DNA from: a bacterium
GTDB lineage: Bacteria; Bdellovibrionota_C; UBA2361; RFPC01
Assembly: GCA_022763385.1 (NCBI GenBank)
Contig: JALEGQ010000033.1
Location: forward strand, 1 to 49,489
Length of the DNA: 49,489 bases
Direction of reading: 5' to 3'
A model generated the notes under the pieces. The model saw nothing but the letters and a program-made list of their open reading frames with translations, ran no database searches and was not told the origin of the DNA. This document shows, piece by piece, positions 20,462 to 31,073 of this stretch (its first letter is position 1; every line of letters starts with the position of its first letter). A program made the translations under genes and the position numbers.

Positions 20462-21367
20462 ATGACCGTTCAGAGGGAAGCGAGAGAGGAGAAACGCATT
20501 ATCGGCGAGATCGGGCCGGTCGACTCTGAGTGCGTCTTTGTCTGTGTCGGGGGGCTTCATGGAAATGAGCCCGCAGGGGTTCGTGCCATAGAATCGCTCT
20601 TTGAGAAGCTCGATCCGCTTCGAGACCAGCTCTCCTCTCGGATAATCGGACTTCGTGGCAATATCGGGGCCCTTGAAGCCAACCTCCGCTACCTTGATAC
20701 GGATCTCAATCGAAGCTGGAAAGAGCCCCAGGACTCACCCGAGAGCTGCCGCGAGGAGCAAGAGAAGGCCGCCATTCAGGCGATCATTCTTCCGCTTCTT
20801 GCGGAGAAGAAGAAGGTTTTTCTCGCCGATCTTCACACCACCTCCTCTGAGAGTACCCCGTTTTTATGGGATCAGTGCGTTAAGAAGATCTTACCGGAGG
20901 ACACACCAGTTCCGATTCTCCGTGACGACGTGGAGCGTCTCACCGGTACGATGGCCTGTTATTTTTCGTCCCTCGGGGTTCCCGTGATCTGCGCCGAAGG
21001 GGGTTCACACTACTCCCCGGCATCTGCCCGCCATCTTGAAGATATCGTCTGGCTCGGCTTGCGAGCGGCGGGGGCACTGCCGGAGCTCGAGATCATCGAG
21101 GAAGCGGAGGGGAGACTCCGAGCCGTAACAGAGGAGGTTCCAGGTCTTCTCCACATCTTCCATCACCACATGATCTCTCCTGAAGACCGCTTTCAGATGG
21201 AACCAGGATTCAAGAACTTCGATCCTCTGAAAAAGGGAACGCTGATTGCCCACGATCAGAATGGCGAAATCCGAGCCCCCCAAGACTGTTTTCTGCTGCT
21301 TCCTCTCTACCAACCACAGGGAGATGACGGATTTCTCCTCGCATCGGCCGAAGAGCGGCGGTCCTAG
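20462..21367 (+). CDS. Succinylglutamate desuccinylase/aspartoacylase family (M14-like) protein
   Basis: GGLHGNEPAG, DLNRSW, DLHTTS, EGGSH. Confidence 0.88.
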   Translation: MTVQREAREEKRIIGEIGPVDSECVFVCVGGLHGNEPAGVRAIESLFEKLDPLRDQLSSRIIGLRGNIGALEANLRYLDTDLNRSWKEPQDSPESCREEQEKAAIQAIILPLLAEKKKVFLADLHTTSSESTPFLWDQCVKKILPEDTPVPILRDDVERLTGTMACYFSSLGVPVICAEGGSHYSPASARHLEDIVWLGLRAAGALPELEIIEEAEGRLRAVTEEVPGLLHIFHHHMISPEDRFQMEPGFKNFDPLKKGTLIAHDQNGEIRAPQDCFLLLPLYQPQGDDGFLLASAEERRS

Positions 21368-21465
21368 CCTCTGTCAAAAACCTTTGTCAGAAAAGGAGCA
21401 CGTCGACGGCTCGGCTCACTTGCGGCAGGTCGTGTATCGAGACAGAGGATGGCAAAATACCGATC

Positions 21466-21876
21466 CTACCCAGTTTCTCGAAAACGATCGACACTGAACG
21501 CGCCAGCACCGCTGTACAGAACCGAAAGGGCTGCCGCGAGGAAGATGAGATCCTTGCTGAGGAGCTGTCCCGTTGAGGAGAACAGTCCGAAGGCGTAGAT
21601 GAGCGTAACGCCGTGAAACGCGGCGAGGAATGCACCAAGGGTGGTGAGAAATCCGAGCACGAGCAGACCTCCGGCCAGAATCTCCCCGTATGGCAAAATA
21701 ATAGCGTATACGGTGGCGAAGTGTTCGGGCAGGACATTCAGCTTCTGAAACTCTCCGATAAATCCTTTCAGATTCTCAAGCTTCACGATTCCGGAAAGAA
21801 TGAGATACCATCCGAGAGCTTGCCGGAGAAAAAGCGGTGCATAGAGAGCATTTCCAACAGGTCTGTTCAGTTTCAT
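21466..21876 (-). CDS. DoxX family membrane protein
   Basis: Four TM segments; LR..LG, EILAGGLLVLGFLT, KD, GAGAFSVD. Confidence 0.85.
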   Translation of the reverse strand: MKLNRPVGNALYAPLFLRQALGWYLILSGIVKLENLKGFIGEFQKLNVLPEHFATVYAIILPYGEILAGGLLVLGFLTTLGAFLAAFHGVTLIYAFGLFSSTGQLLSKDLIFLAAALSVLYSGAGAFSVDRFRETG

Positions 21877-22055
21877 AGCTTTTCAATCCTCACAGTGAAG
21901 CCATCTCATATTCTAGGGGGACCGAAGCTCGCTGGAAAGGGGGAAAATCTGCCGTCTCTTGTCTGAACCTCGCAGACTCGGTAAAGAATGAGGAGAGAGG
22001 GCCAGACCGCCTGTCCTCGGAACCGCCCGAACCTCTCAGATGGAAAGGAGAAGAG

Positions 22056-23063
22056 ATGGAAGGAACGCCCCCAGAAAGTGCTTTGGAGAGTGGAGCTTTG
22101 AGAGGCGGGATCGCTCAACGCCATCCGTTCCTAGAGCAGCTGCTCGAACGATGCTCCCCCTACATTATCGGTCAGGATCACTTAATCGAACGGATCCTCG
22201 TAGCCATGCTCTGTGGCGGACACGTCCTTCTTGAAGGAGTCCCCGGTCTCGCCAAAACTCGTCTCCTGAATGTCGTGGGCGCGCTTCTGCATTGCAGCCT
22301 CAAGCGGGTGCAGTTTACCCCCGACCTCCTCCCCGCAGATGTTATTGGAACCGAGATCTACCAACCTGCCACGGGAACCTTTCGGCTTCGGAAAGGCCCG
22401 GTCTTTGCCAACATCGTTCTTGCCGACGAAATTAACCGTGCACCGGCCAAGGTCCAATCCGCCCTCCTCCAGGCCATGCAGGAAAAAATCGTCTCGATCG
22501 GAGAAGAAACTCACCCGCTTCCCCATCCCTTTTTCGTTCTCGCGACCCAGAATCCGATCGAACAGGAGGGGACGTACCCCCTTCCGGAGGCTCAGCTCGA
22601 TCGATTCCTCTTTAAGGTGGTCGTTGACTACCCATCGCTTCAGGATGAGGTGGAGATTCTCCGAACGGTCGGAAATGATGTGCGAGATCATCCCCTTCCG
22701 GAGGCTTGTTTCTCACTGGAAGATCTCCTGGAGCTCTCCGAGAAGAGTCGCACCCTCTACGTGGATGAGAAGCTCGACGAATATATCGTGCAGCTCGTGC
22801 AAGCAACGAGGAAGCCCGCGGAGTACGGACTCGGAGAATTGGTAGAATGGGGAGCATCACCCCGAGCGGGACTCGCGCTCAAGCGGGCAGGGCGCGCGCT
22901 CGCACTCCTTCGCCATGAAGAGTTCGTTCGCCCCCTCCATATTCAGGAGCTTGCTCCAGACGTGCTTCGTCACCGCATTTTGCTCTCCTTTGAAGCAGAG
23001 GCCCGCGGCATCACTGCTGATGAGGTCATCGCCCGCATCGTTCAGGGAGTTCCGGAGCCGTGA
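22056..23063 (+). CDS. moxR: MoxR family AAA+ ATPase
   Basis: LLEGVPGLAKT, RVQFTPDLLPAD, LADEINRAPAKVQSALL, ATQNPIEQEGTYPLPEAQLDRF, GASPRA. Confidence 0.96.
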   Translation: MEGTPPESALESGALRGGIAQRHPFLEQLLERCSPYIIGQDHLIERILVAMLCGGHVLLEGVPGLAKTRLLNVVGALLHCSLKRVQFTPDLLPADVIGTEIYQPATGTFRLRKGPVFANIVLADEINRAPAKVQSALLQAMQEKIVSIGEETHPLPHPFFVLATQNPIEQEGTYPLPEAQLDRFLFKVVVDYPSLQDEVEILRTVGNDVRDHPLPEACFSLEDLLELSEKSRTLYVDEKLDEYIVQLVQATRKPAEYGLGELVEWGASPRAGLALKRAGRALALLRHEEFVRPLHIQELAPDVLRHRILLSFEAEARGITADEVIARIVQGVPEP

Positions 23064-24103
23064 GCAGCGCCCCTTCTCCACGCTCCGAAGGCGTGGTCGG
23101 CAAACACGATATCTCTGCTCCGCGCCGTTTGGGGAGATGGATTCGTGCCGTCTGGAAGGGGCCGCCGGCGTTCTCTTTGGATGAGCCTCAGAGGGATGAA
23201 CTGCTCTCCCGAGTAAACGAAGCAAAGAGGCTTGAGCTCCGCTCTCGTCGACTCGCCCAAGCAGAGCTGAGTGGTGACTATACTTCTGCCTTCCTCGGTC
23301 ACGGACTCTCTTTTTCCGAGCTCCGTGATTATCAACCCGGAGATGATCCGAGAAACATCCAGTGGAACGTGACCGCTCGATTTGGAAAACCGTATGTCAA
23401 GGTCTTTCACGAGGAGCGACAACTCCGGGTGATGCTCGTGATTGATGTCTCTCCCTCTGTACTCCTTACTCACCGCTTCACCGCCCTTCAAGAGTTTGCA
23501 GCCCTTCTGATCGGTGTCTGTGAACGAAATCGTGACCGGGTGGGCCTCTCTCTCTTTGGAATGGATGATGCGAGCGCCTCGTCTGCTCTGTATATTCCAC
23601 CGAGTCAGAGTCGCCCCCACTACCGGAGACTCCTCCTCCGGCTCTCTGAGCTCCGGAGGGAGTTCACACCGCAGCCGCCCTTCCAGGCTTCAGAGACGCG
23701 GCTCTCTCTTGGAGCTCACGCCCACTCACTCGTAAAAGAGCTTCCAAAGCACTGTCTGGTGTTTCTTCTTTCGGATTTCGAGGAGGAGATCGACCCAAAC
23801 TCGGTGTCCGTACTCGCCAAGGCGCACGACGTTACCGGTATCTCCCTTCTCAGCGCAGGGAGAGAGGAGAAAACCCTCCCCTCCGGGCTCCTCTCTGTTC
23901 GAGAGCCTGAGAACTTTCAGCACTCCTTCCTCCGTGCGAGCGCCACAGCGCGAATTCGGCAAGTCGAGGAGCATGAGAAGAGGATGTGGAGAGAGCGTCG
24001 AGAAGCGCTTGCGCGAGAAGGAGTACGTGGGTTTTCCTACGACACCTCCGCGCTCCTGACCCTTCGACAGGTGATTGCGCAACGGATGAAGGAGCGGCGA
24101 TGA
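23060..24103 (+). CDS. DUF58 domain protein
   Basis: G.GLSFSELRDYQPGDDPRNIQWNVTAR, IDVSPS, LSDF; follows moxR. Confidence 0.92.
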   Translation: MSSAPSPRSEGVVGKHDISAPRRLGRWIRAVWKGPPAFSLDEPQRDELLSRVNEAKRLELRSRRLAQAELSGDYTSAFLGHGLSFSELRDYQPGDDPRNIQWNVTARFGKPYVKVFHEERQLRVMLVIDVSPSVLLTHRFTALQEFAALLIGVCERNRDRVGLSLFGMDDASASSALYIPPSQSRPHYRRLLLRLSELRREFTPQPPFQASETRLSLGAHAHSLVKELPKHCLVFLLSDFEEEIDPNSVSVLAKAHDVTGISLLSAGREEKTLPSGLLSVREPENFQHSFLRASATARIRQVEEHEKRMWRERREALAREGVRGFSYDTSALLTLRQVIAQRMKERR

Positions 24104-24537
24104 ACGAATCGATTTCCCCCTCACCGACTCCGTACGATATCATTCTTCCCCCAGTGGCTCCCTACTCGGTGAGCACCGAGCAGTGGTCCCTCTTCATCGT
24201 CGCCCTGCTGGTCGTGCTTATGATCGCTTTTCTCTCTTACTGGCGAGCAAGACGCATTCGGTTTGTGAACAGGACTTCTTCCTCTTCGAGGAATACGTGG
24301 GAAGAGCTGTGCCGGATAAAGAATCGCTTCTCCGAAGCAGAAGAGCTCTCCGAAAGGCGAGAACACCTTCATCTCTTCCTGAAGATCGTGAGGAGAATGC
24401 CGATCGACGAGAACGCTCTTCCTCTGACCACGCTCCACAACGCGGCCTATTCTAGAACACCGCAGAGAGGGCTGGTAACCGAGATGGAGCGACTCCTCAC
24501 GTCATTGCAGGGAAACCAAACGGGAGGTCGCTCATGA
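24100..24537 (+). CDS. Single-pass membrane protein of the Bat operon (DUF4381-like)
   Basis: ATGA overlaps at both ends; DIILPP followed by a TM helix and basic residues. Confidence 0.65.
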   Translation: MNESISPSPTPYDIILPPVAPYSVSTEQWSLFIVALLVVLMIAFLSYWRARRIRFVNRTSSSSRNTWEELCRIKNRFSEAEELSERREHLHLFLKIVRRMPIDENALPLTTLHNAAYSRTPQRGLVTEMERLLTSLQGNQTGGRS

Positions 24538-25571
24538 GAGAGCTCTTGTCTGCTCCCTTGGGAGGCCAGATCACCTTTGCCACACCGGAGCTCTTCCTGC
24601 TCTTCCCGATCATGGTGGCACTTCCCTTTCTTCGACGGTGGTGGGCGAAACCACCCTCTAGACCATCTCTTGTCCGCACTCGGGCGGAGGTAGAGGTCGC
24701 CCGGCGTGACTCGTTTCACCAGCTCTCTCGTGTCTTTCCCACTCTTCTTTTTCTGGTGTTCATCGGCTGCCTCGTTGCCGCAGCGGCGCAACCCCAACGG
24801 CAAAACATCCTCGACCTCAGTGAACACCGTCGTCGCAATATCATGGTAGCAATGGACGTCTCTCGGAGTATGGATGCTCCTGACTTTCGGACTCCTGATG
24901 GTCGGACGAAACGGATCGAAGGGGTAAAGTCGGTGACAAAGGATTTTATCGCTCGACGAACCGGGGATCGGATTGGACTCGTGCTCTTTGGTTCCCGTGC
25001 ATACCTTCAGGCGCCCCTCACTATTGACTATCTTTTGCTCTATCAGCTCGTTGATGCTATCTCCCTCGGGGTCGCTGGAGATGGAACTGCTATTGGCGAT
25101 GGACTTGGTGTTGCACTGAAGAAGGTAGAGGCGCTTCCCGCCGAGGCTCGAGCGATTATCCTGCTCACTGATGGAGTGAGCAATTCAGGTCGCATCGAAC
25201 CGATGAAAGCCGCTCGAATTGCAGCCGACCTCAATGTGAAGGTCTACACCATCGGAATCGGTTCACCTGAGGGAAGTACGGTCCAGATTCCTCAAGGAGG
25301 GCTGCTCCGGTACCAGCAGGTCAGGGCCGAGTTTGATGAAGAGACCTTACGAGAGATCGCCTCACTCACCGGCGGGAAGTATTACTTCGCCAGTGACCTC
25401 AACGCTCTCGACCTGATCTATCGTGAAATCGATGCACTGGAGCACACCGAGGCAGAGGAACGGAGCTTTGCTCAAACGGAGGAGCTCTCTTCTCCGCTGG
25501 TGACGGCAGCGCTGATCTCTTTTCTGCTTCACCTCTTAATAACTCAGACGATAATTCGGGTGCTGCCATGA
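24534..25571 (+). CDS. batA: VWA domain protein BatA-like
   Basis: MIDAS DVSRSM, DRIGLVLFG, PLTID, GTAIGDGL, ILLTDGVSN, YTIGIG. Confidence 0.9.
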   Translation: MRELLSAPLGGQITFATPELFLLFPIMVALPFLRRWWAKPPSRPSLVRTRAEVEVARRDSFHQLSRVFPTLLFLVFIGCLVAAAAQPQRQNILDLSEHRRRNIMVAMDVSRSMDAPDFRTPDGRTKRIEGVKSVTKDFIARRTGDRIGLVLFGSRAYLQAPLTIDYLLLYQLVDAISLGVAGDGTAIGDGLGVALKKVEALPAEARAIILLTDGVSNSGRIEPMKAARIAADLNVKVYTIGIGSPEGSTVQIPQGGLLRYQQVRAEFDEETLREIASLTGGKYYFASDLNALDLIYREIDALEHTEAEERSFAQTEELSSPLVTAALISFLLHLLITQTIIRVLP

Positions 25572-27550
25572 CGGTGCGTAGCGAGTTGCTTTCCGAAGGT
25601 GTGGTCTACGATCCCTCTTTTTCATGGGGGGCACCAGAGATGCTCGGCCTCTTGATCTTTCTTCTTCCGCTCGGTGCGGTCACCGTGTTCTTTCTCCGAA
25701 GACGGCGCCACGCCAGAGCCCAACTCTCCTTTCCTTTTGTTGCAGACCTACCCCTCCTTCCTCTGGTATCGCTAACGCTCGTCACTCTTTTGATCGGTGC
25801 CCTTGCCAGACCATCCGCCGGCACCTTTACCGTTCAGATCCCGCAGGCTTCACACTCCCTCTTTCTCGCTATAGATGTGAGCCGCTCAATGCGAGTGCGC
25901 GACCTCCCACCAGATCGAATAACGGTTGTTCAACGGCGAATACTGGATTTTCTCTCTGAAGTTGAACAGCGGCGACTCTCGGCACGGATTGGTATCCTCC
26001 TCTTTGCCGGTGAAGCCGTGATGTACTGTCCCCTCACCTCCGACCTTGAAACGCTGAGGCTCTACATGCGCGAGCTCTCTCCGGAACTCCTTTCAGCTCG
26101 AGGGTCTTCACTTGAAGCGGTGCTCCGACTGGTGAATGACACCATGAGTACTCTCCAGCGAGAGAGCTATTCAGTCGCCATTTTCTCTGACGGAGAGTTC
26201 TCAGATGAAGGAGACCTCGCCTCTCTGACACGGGGAGAGCTGCGTACGCGACTGCTGACCTTTGGTGTCGGGACGGCAGAGGGAGGGCCCATTCCACTGG
26301 CGCGAGGAGCGCTCCAGAAAGATCGTTCCGGGGAGATCGTCATCTCCCGGCGTGAGAGCAGGTGGCTCGAACAGCTTGCGCGTGAGTCCGGCGGCAGCTA
26401 CCACCCTCTCTCGCAGGCTCCCGCGCAAACCCCGCTGGAGCCTCTGATCCGATTGATCACGAGTGACTTGGAGGAATTCGGCGAAGGAGAACATACTGTT
26501 GTTCAACCCGTAGAAGTCGGAGTATATCTGATCTGGGCGGCACTTCTCGTCGTTGCTCTCACGACACTGCTCCCACTTCGGGCCGGACTCTTCCTCCTCT
26601 TGCTGGGGGCGCCTGTTCTTGGTTCTGCTCTGCTCTCTCCCACGCCTGTTTCTGCTTCTGACACCGAGAAGAAGGAGTCGGACAGCACACTCCTCTCTCG
26701 TCTCGAGCGAGCGAACGCCGCTTTTCACGACAAGAACTACAAGGCCGCCCTCTCGCTGTACCGCCAAGAGCTCCAAGAGCGTCCAGAGGCCTTTTCCGCG
26801 GCACTCGGGAAGGGAGCCACCCTCTTCCGATTGGAACGGTATACCGAAGCAGAAGAGGAGTTCTTACAGATTGCCCGTCAGAGTGACGAGGGACGGACGG
26901 TATTTCAAGCACTCTATAATGCAGGAAATAGCGCTTTTGCGGCGGACCGATTTCGTGAGGCGGTCCAATACTACGACCGGGCACTCTCCCTCTTTCCAGA
27001 GAGTCGAGAAACACGATTTAATCGAAAACTCGCTCAGGAACGACTCCAAGAGCAAGAGGACAGCTCAGAAGAGAACGACTCACCGGAGAACCGATCGCAG
27101 GAAGAGAAGGAACAAGAAGAAACGGAAGAACAAGAGGATGGCAACTCTCAGAAGGAGGAGCAAGGTGAGGGACAAGAACAACGCTCACGGGAGGAGAATT
27201 CAGACGAGGGCCAAGAAACCGCAGAAGAGAGATCTTCTTCAGAAAACAACGAAGAAAAGGGAGAGTCAGAGCAGGAGCCGTCGTCCGGGAAGGACGGTTC
27301 AGAAGGCGACCATAAACAGAAGGAATCCGAGCGCAAAAGTGCCGAAGAACGGCAAGAGAATGCACCAGGGGCTGACGGAGAAACTTCTCCAACGGAAGGA
27401 ACCTCAGCTCAGGAAACCGAAGGAGGGGCTGAGTTGAGTATAGAGGAACGAGCTGCTCAGACGTGGTTACAGTCTCTCCCCGAAACTCCACTCCTCCTTC
27501 GCCGTTATCAGGGCAAGAGCACGTCACAGAACGAGGAACACACATGGTGA
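25568..27550 (+). CDS. VWA plus TPR protein (BatB/BatC-like fusion) with acidic low-complexity linker
   Basis: DVSRSM, FAGEA, PLTSD, SDGE, GVGTAEGGPIP; TPR motifs (ALYNAGNSAF...YDRAL, FNRKLA); E/Q/S-rich tail ending in Trp. Confidence 0.88.
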   Translation: MTVRSELLSEGVVYDPSFSWGAPEMLGLLIFLLPLGAVTVFFLRRRRHARAQLSFPFVADLPLLPLVSLTLVTLLIGALARPSAGTFTVQIPQASHSLFLAIDVSRSMRVRDLPPDRITVVQRRILDFLSEVEQRRLSARIGILLFAGEAVMYCPLTSDLETLRLYMRELSPELLSARGSSLEAVLRLVNDTMSTLQRESYSVAIFSDGEFSDEGDLASLTRGELRTRLLTFGVGTAEGGPIPLARGALQKDRSGEIVISRRESRWLEQLARESGGSYHPLSQAPAQTPLEPLIRLITSDLEEFGEGEHTVVQPVEVGVYLIWAALLVVALTTLLPLRAGLFLLLLGAPVLGSALLSPTPVSASDTEKKESDSTLLSRLERANAAFHDKNYKAALSLYRQELQERPEAFSAALGKGATLFRLERYTEAEEEFLQIARQSDEGRTVFQALYNAGNSAFAADRFREAVQYYDRALSLFPESRETRFNRKLAQERLQEQEDSSEENDSPENRSQEEKEQEETEEQEDGNSQKEEQGEGQEQRSREENSDEGQETAEERSSSENNEEKGESEQEPSSGKDGSEGDHKQKESERKSAEERQENAPGADGETSPTEGTSAQETEGGAELSIEERAAQTWLQSLPETPLLLRRYQGKSTSQNEEHTW

Positions 27551-29337
27551 TGCGAAGCGTACTTCTTCTCTCTCTCTTTCTTTTCATTAGCGAGCTCCGT
27601 TGTGCAACAGCGCAGAGTCCTGTCGGCAGTCCCGCGGTAGAGGTGGATGTCACGCCGGTCAGTGGCACTCGTGACGAAACCTTCCGGCTAACGATCTCGG
27701 TCTCCTCTTCCGATGGGCGAGAGCCGGTGCTTGAATCCTCGCCTGACTTTGAAATCGCCTCTATTGGCACCTCGTCGCAGATCCAGATCGTCAACGGTCA
27801 GACCACGGCAGAGAACTACTTTCTCTACGAGCTGACACCGAGAACCACCGGAACCTTGCTTTCCCCTTCCGGTACGGTGACCGTTTCGGGCAAGACCATT
27901 TCCCTCCCTCAGAAAGAGATTCGGGTCTCTCGGGGAGCTCCAAGCTCTTCCCCACGGACCCCCCCTGCCATCAAGGGAACCTCGCTGACAAGAACACTCT
28001 CTGCAGAAGAGGTGTTCGAAGGGGAGCAGGTAATTACTACCCTTCGACTTCTCTCTCAGGAGCGGATTGAAAAGGGAAGTTTCGACAGCCTCGTCTATAA
28101 CGGCTTTTGGAAGGAGAACCTCGGGGAGCCCACCGTACGCTCGGTCCGGAGGGGGCAAGAAACCTTTCGCCTCCATGAAGTTCGGCACGCACTCTTTCCG
28201 CTTTCGCCGGGCGAACACTCGCTTCCACCAGCTCGGCTACAACTTCTTATTCGAGAACGACTTTCCCGCTCAAGTCCCTTTCCTCGCTTTCGTCTCTTCG
28301 ATCCCGATTTTTTTGGCTCCGGCTCCCTGAAGAAGGTCTCGGTGTTCTCGAACGCGTCCTCCCTCCAGGTTCGACCGCTTCCACCGGTGCCCGACGAGTA
28401 CCGTGGGCAGAGTGCTCATTCCCATATCCCCGTCGGAGAGGTGACCCTCTCACTTGGGGTCGGAACAGACCCTGTTCAAGCGGGCGCCGGAAAGACCGTC
28501 GTGGTGACGGTGGAGAGCGATGGGAATATCCGACCGATCGACACCCTCTCCGTCCAGCTTCCTCCGTTTCTCAAGCGATATGACGATGCCACGGAGGAAG
28601 TACTCTCCTCGCGAGGCGGACGCTTTGCCCTCAAAAAAAGATTTCGTTTCTCTCTCGTTCCGGAGAGGAGTGGTTCGTACGAGATCGAACCGATCTCACT
28701 GCTCACCTTTGATCCGAAGAAAGAGCGCTATACCGTGGTCAGCACCCGACCGATTCGCTTCACGGCTGAGTCTTCTGGGCACCAAGAAGGAAACACCGCT
28801 TCCCCTTCGCCGACGGAAGCCCCCCTGACAGAAGCGAGCCCAGCCCCAGAGGGTCGAGAGCTCTTTCGATATCGGGAAGAGACCCTGCTTGAGTATCTGA
28901 CTCGGACGGTCAGTACGAGCCTCCTGCTCTTTCTTACCGCATGCCTCCTCGCTTTTTGTGCGTTCTGTTGGATCCTCTTTTGGATGATAAAGAAGGCAAC
29001 TCTTCGCCGGACAGTTCTTCGGAGCAAGCGGCGTCACCTTCGGTCTCGGCTCTCAGGAGGAGAAGATTATCGTGGCCTCCGCGAGCGGTTCATTGAGGGC
29101 CTCTCCTTCCTCCTCGGAGCAGACGAGGGAGAAAGCTTTCGAGGACCGCTGCTGGAGCAGAAACTCCAGGAATCCGGCGGGCCTGAGAAGCTCCGAGAAG
29201 AGATACTGCTCCACCTCGACTCACTTGATGCACTCGCCTTTGGGAAGGTTGAAGAGAGCAGCCGTCTCCAGGAGGCGAAGGCGCGCTCCCTCTCCCTTCT
29301 GGAGGAGTTCCTCTCCAGTACTGAGATCAACTTGTGA
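27544..29337 (+). CDS. batD: BatD family protein
   Basis: Signal peptide, SSQIQIVNG, beta-rich repeats, FDP...Y, C-terminal TM; position at the end of the Bat operon. Confidence 0.85.
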   Translation: MVMRSVLLLSLFLFISELRCATAQSPVGSPAVEVDVTPVSGTRDETFRLTISVSSSDGREPVLESSPDFEIASIGTSSQIQIVNGQTTAENYFLYELTPRTTGTLLSPSGTVTVSGKTISLPQKEIRVSRGAPSSSPRTPPAIKGTSLTRTLSAEEVFEGEQVITTLRLLSQERIEKGSFDSLVYNGFWKENLGEPTVRSVRRGQETFRLHEVRHALFPLSPGEHSLPPARLQLLIRERLSRSSPFPRFRLFDPDFFGSGSLKKVSVFSNASSLQVRPLPPVPDEYRGQSAHSHIPVGEVTLSLGVGTDPVQAGAGKTVVVTVESDGNIRPIDTLSVQLPPFLKRYDDATEEVLSSRGGRFALKKRFRFSLVPERSGSYEIEPISLLTFDPKKERYTVVSTRPIRFTAESSGHQEGNTASPSPTEAPLTEASPAPEGRELFRYREETLLEYLTRTVSTSLLLFLTACLLAFCAFCWILFWMIKKATLRRTVLRSKRRHLRSRLSGGEDYRGLRERFIEGLSFLLGADEGESFRGPLLEQKLQESGGPEKLREEILLHLDSLDALAFGKVEESSRLQEAKARSLSLLEEFLSSTEINL

Positions 29338-29407
29338 GGGATCGAAGCGCTTTGTTGTCTCTTTGAAAGTCGGCTATAATCCTACTGGATATTGTGTGGA
29401 GGGTCCC

Positions 29408-29893
29408 GTGGAAGAGAATGTTATCGTCATTACAACTGACCTTTCGGAGAAATCGGTAGCAGCGCTTCGGATCGGTCTTCAACATGCCAGAGCGACTGAT
29501 GCGTTGGTGCGAATCATCTACGTCTCACCTATCTTCGAAATTCCGGCGGCCCTTCAGCGCCAGTTATCTGATCCTCAGGGGTTACGAGAGATGCAAGACA
29601 CCTATGAGGCGGATGAAAAAGTTCGGCTGCAAAACTTTCTCGATGAGCACCAAATTGCCGGAAATATCGAGCCGGTGGTGGAATTTTCAAACTCCACCCC
29701 GAGTAGCATTATTCTCCAACAAGCAGAACAGCAACATGCTCGTCTCATCGTTATGTCGAGTCAGGGGAAGGGGGCGCTCGGAAGGTTTTTTCTCGGGAGC
29801 ACTACCCAAAAGGTCGTGGCACAGTCTCCCTGTCCCGTCCTCATCATCCCTCATGACTATGAAGGAGAACAGAATACCGGAAAGGCGGAGTAA
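29408..29893 (+). CDS. Universal stress protein (UspA family)
   Basis: ITTDLSEKS, LIVMSSQG, FFLGSTTQKVVAQSPCPVLII. GTG start follows GGAGGG. Confidence 0.9.
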   Translation: MEENVIVITTDLSEKSVAALRIGLQHARATDALVRIIYVSPIFEIPAALQRQLSDPQGLREMQDTYEADEKVRLQNFLDEHQIAGNIEPVVEFSNSTPSSIILQQAEQQHARLIVMSSQGKGALGRFFLGSTTQKVVAQSPCPVLIIPHDYEGEQNTGKAE

Positions 29894-29899
29894 GAGACG

Positions 29900-30988
29900 A
29901 TGGCAATAGAAGCAGTTGGCACCGCAGAAACCCTCTCGAAGATGAGAGCCCTTCTCTCTCACGTAGTGCCAGATGCAGAGCTTCAGATCAAAGCAGAACT
30001 CGTTGCTGAGATTAATGCGCTGAAGAAAGAACGAAACGCCCTTATTCTTGGGCACAACTATATGGAACCGGCGCTCTTTCATACCGTACCGGATCTCGTT
30101 GGCGATTCGCTCGGACTTGCTCGCGAGGCAGCTCGTACCCACTACGATACCATTATCTTCTGCGGCGTTCGTTTTATGGCGGAGACCGCAAAGATTTTAA
30201 GTCCGGACAAAACGGTACTCCTTCCCGCCAAGGAAGCAGGATGTTCCCTTGCGGCCAGTATCACCGCAGATGACGTTCGAGCGCTGAAGGAGCGTTTTCC
30301 CGGTGTTCCCGTTGTGGTGTATGTAAACACCTATGCAGAGGTAAAAGCTGAGGCGGATTACTGTTGTACCTCGAGTAACGCGGTTGAGATCATTCAATCC
30401 CTCAAATCTGACCGAGTGCTCTTCCTTCCCGATGAGTACCTCGCCAAGAATGTCGCGGAAGAGACCGGAAAAACAATTATCGTCGCAGGAAAAGAGGACT
30501 CTGGAGCGCTGACGGTGAAAGACGCCGGTGGCGCTCCCCTTCCAGCACACGATAATGGAGAGAGTGATCTGATCGGATGGCACGGTCGGTGTGAAGTCCA
30601 TGAGCAGTTCACCGTTGAAGATATCACCAACGCACGTGCCCAGTTCCCCGGCATTGAGGTGATCACCCATCCCGAGAGCTCTCCGGAGGTGGTTGCCGCT
30701 GCGGACTACTCCGGAAGCACCACGCGGATGGTACAATACGTCAAGGATTCCCCAAAGAAGCACTTTCTGATCCTCACCGAGTGCAGCATGGGAGATAATA
30801 TTATCGCGGAAAACCCAGAAAAAGAGATCGCCCGGATCTGCTCCGTTCGATGCCCACACATGAATGAGATCACCCTGGAAGATCTTCTCCTCTCGCTACG
30901 GGAAAACGTCACTGAAATCGAGCTGGAGGAGTCTCTCCGAAAGCGCGCTTTGACCTCAGTAGAACGAATGATCGCAGTTGGTCGGTAA
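29900..30988 (+). CDS. nadA: Quinolinate synthase
   Basis: ILGHNY, GDSL, FCGVRFMAE, AGCSLA, YVNT, CTSSNA, CEVH, HPE, CPHM. Confidence 0.97.
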   Translation: MAIEAVGTAETLSKMRALLSHVVPDAELQIKAELVAEINALKKERNALILGHNYMEPALFHTVPDLVGDSLGLAREAARTHYDTIIFCGVRFMAETAKILSPDKTVLLPAKEAGCSLAASITADDVRALKERFPGVPVVVYVNTYAEVKAEADYCCTSSNAVEIIQSLKSDRVLFLPDEYLAKNVAEETGKTIIVAGKEDSGALTVKDAGGAPLPAHDNGESDLIGWHGRCEVHEQFTVEDITNARAQFPGIEVITHPESSPEVVAAADYSGSTTRMVQYVKDSPKKHFLILTECSMGDNIIAENPEKEIARICSVRCPHMNEITLEDLLLSLRENVTEIELEESLRKRALTSVERMIAVGR

Positions 30989-31073
30989 TGCTGCTGCTGA
31001 GGAGTTCAACAGCTCATTTGCTCAATATGGCGGTCTTCAGAAATCAGGAGCTAAGTAATCAGGAAGTACATTG

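Noticed and set aside
26553-27437. 294-aa Arg/Lys-rich alternative-frame ORF
   Set aside because: Frame-shifted reading of the purine-rich acidic linker of the VWA-TPR gene.
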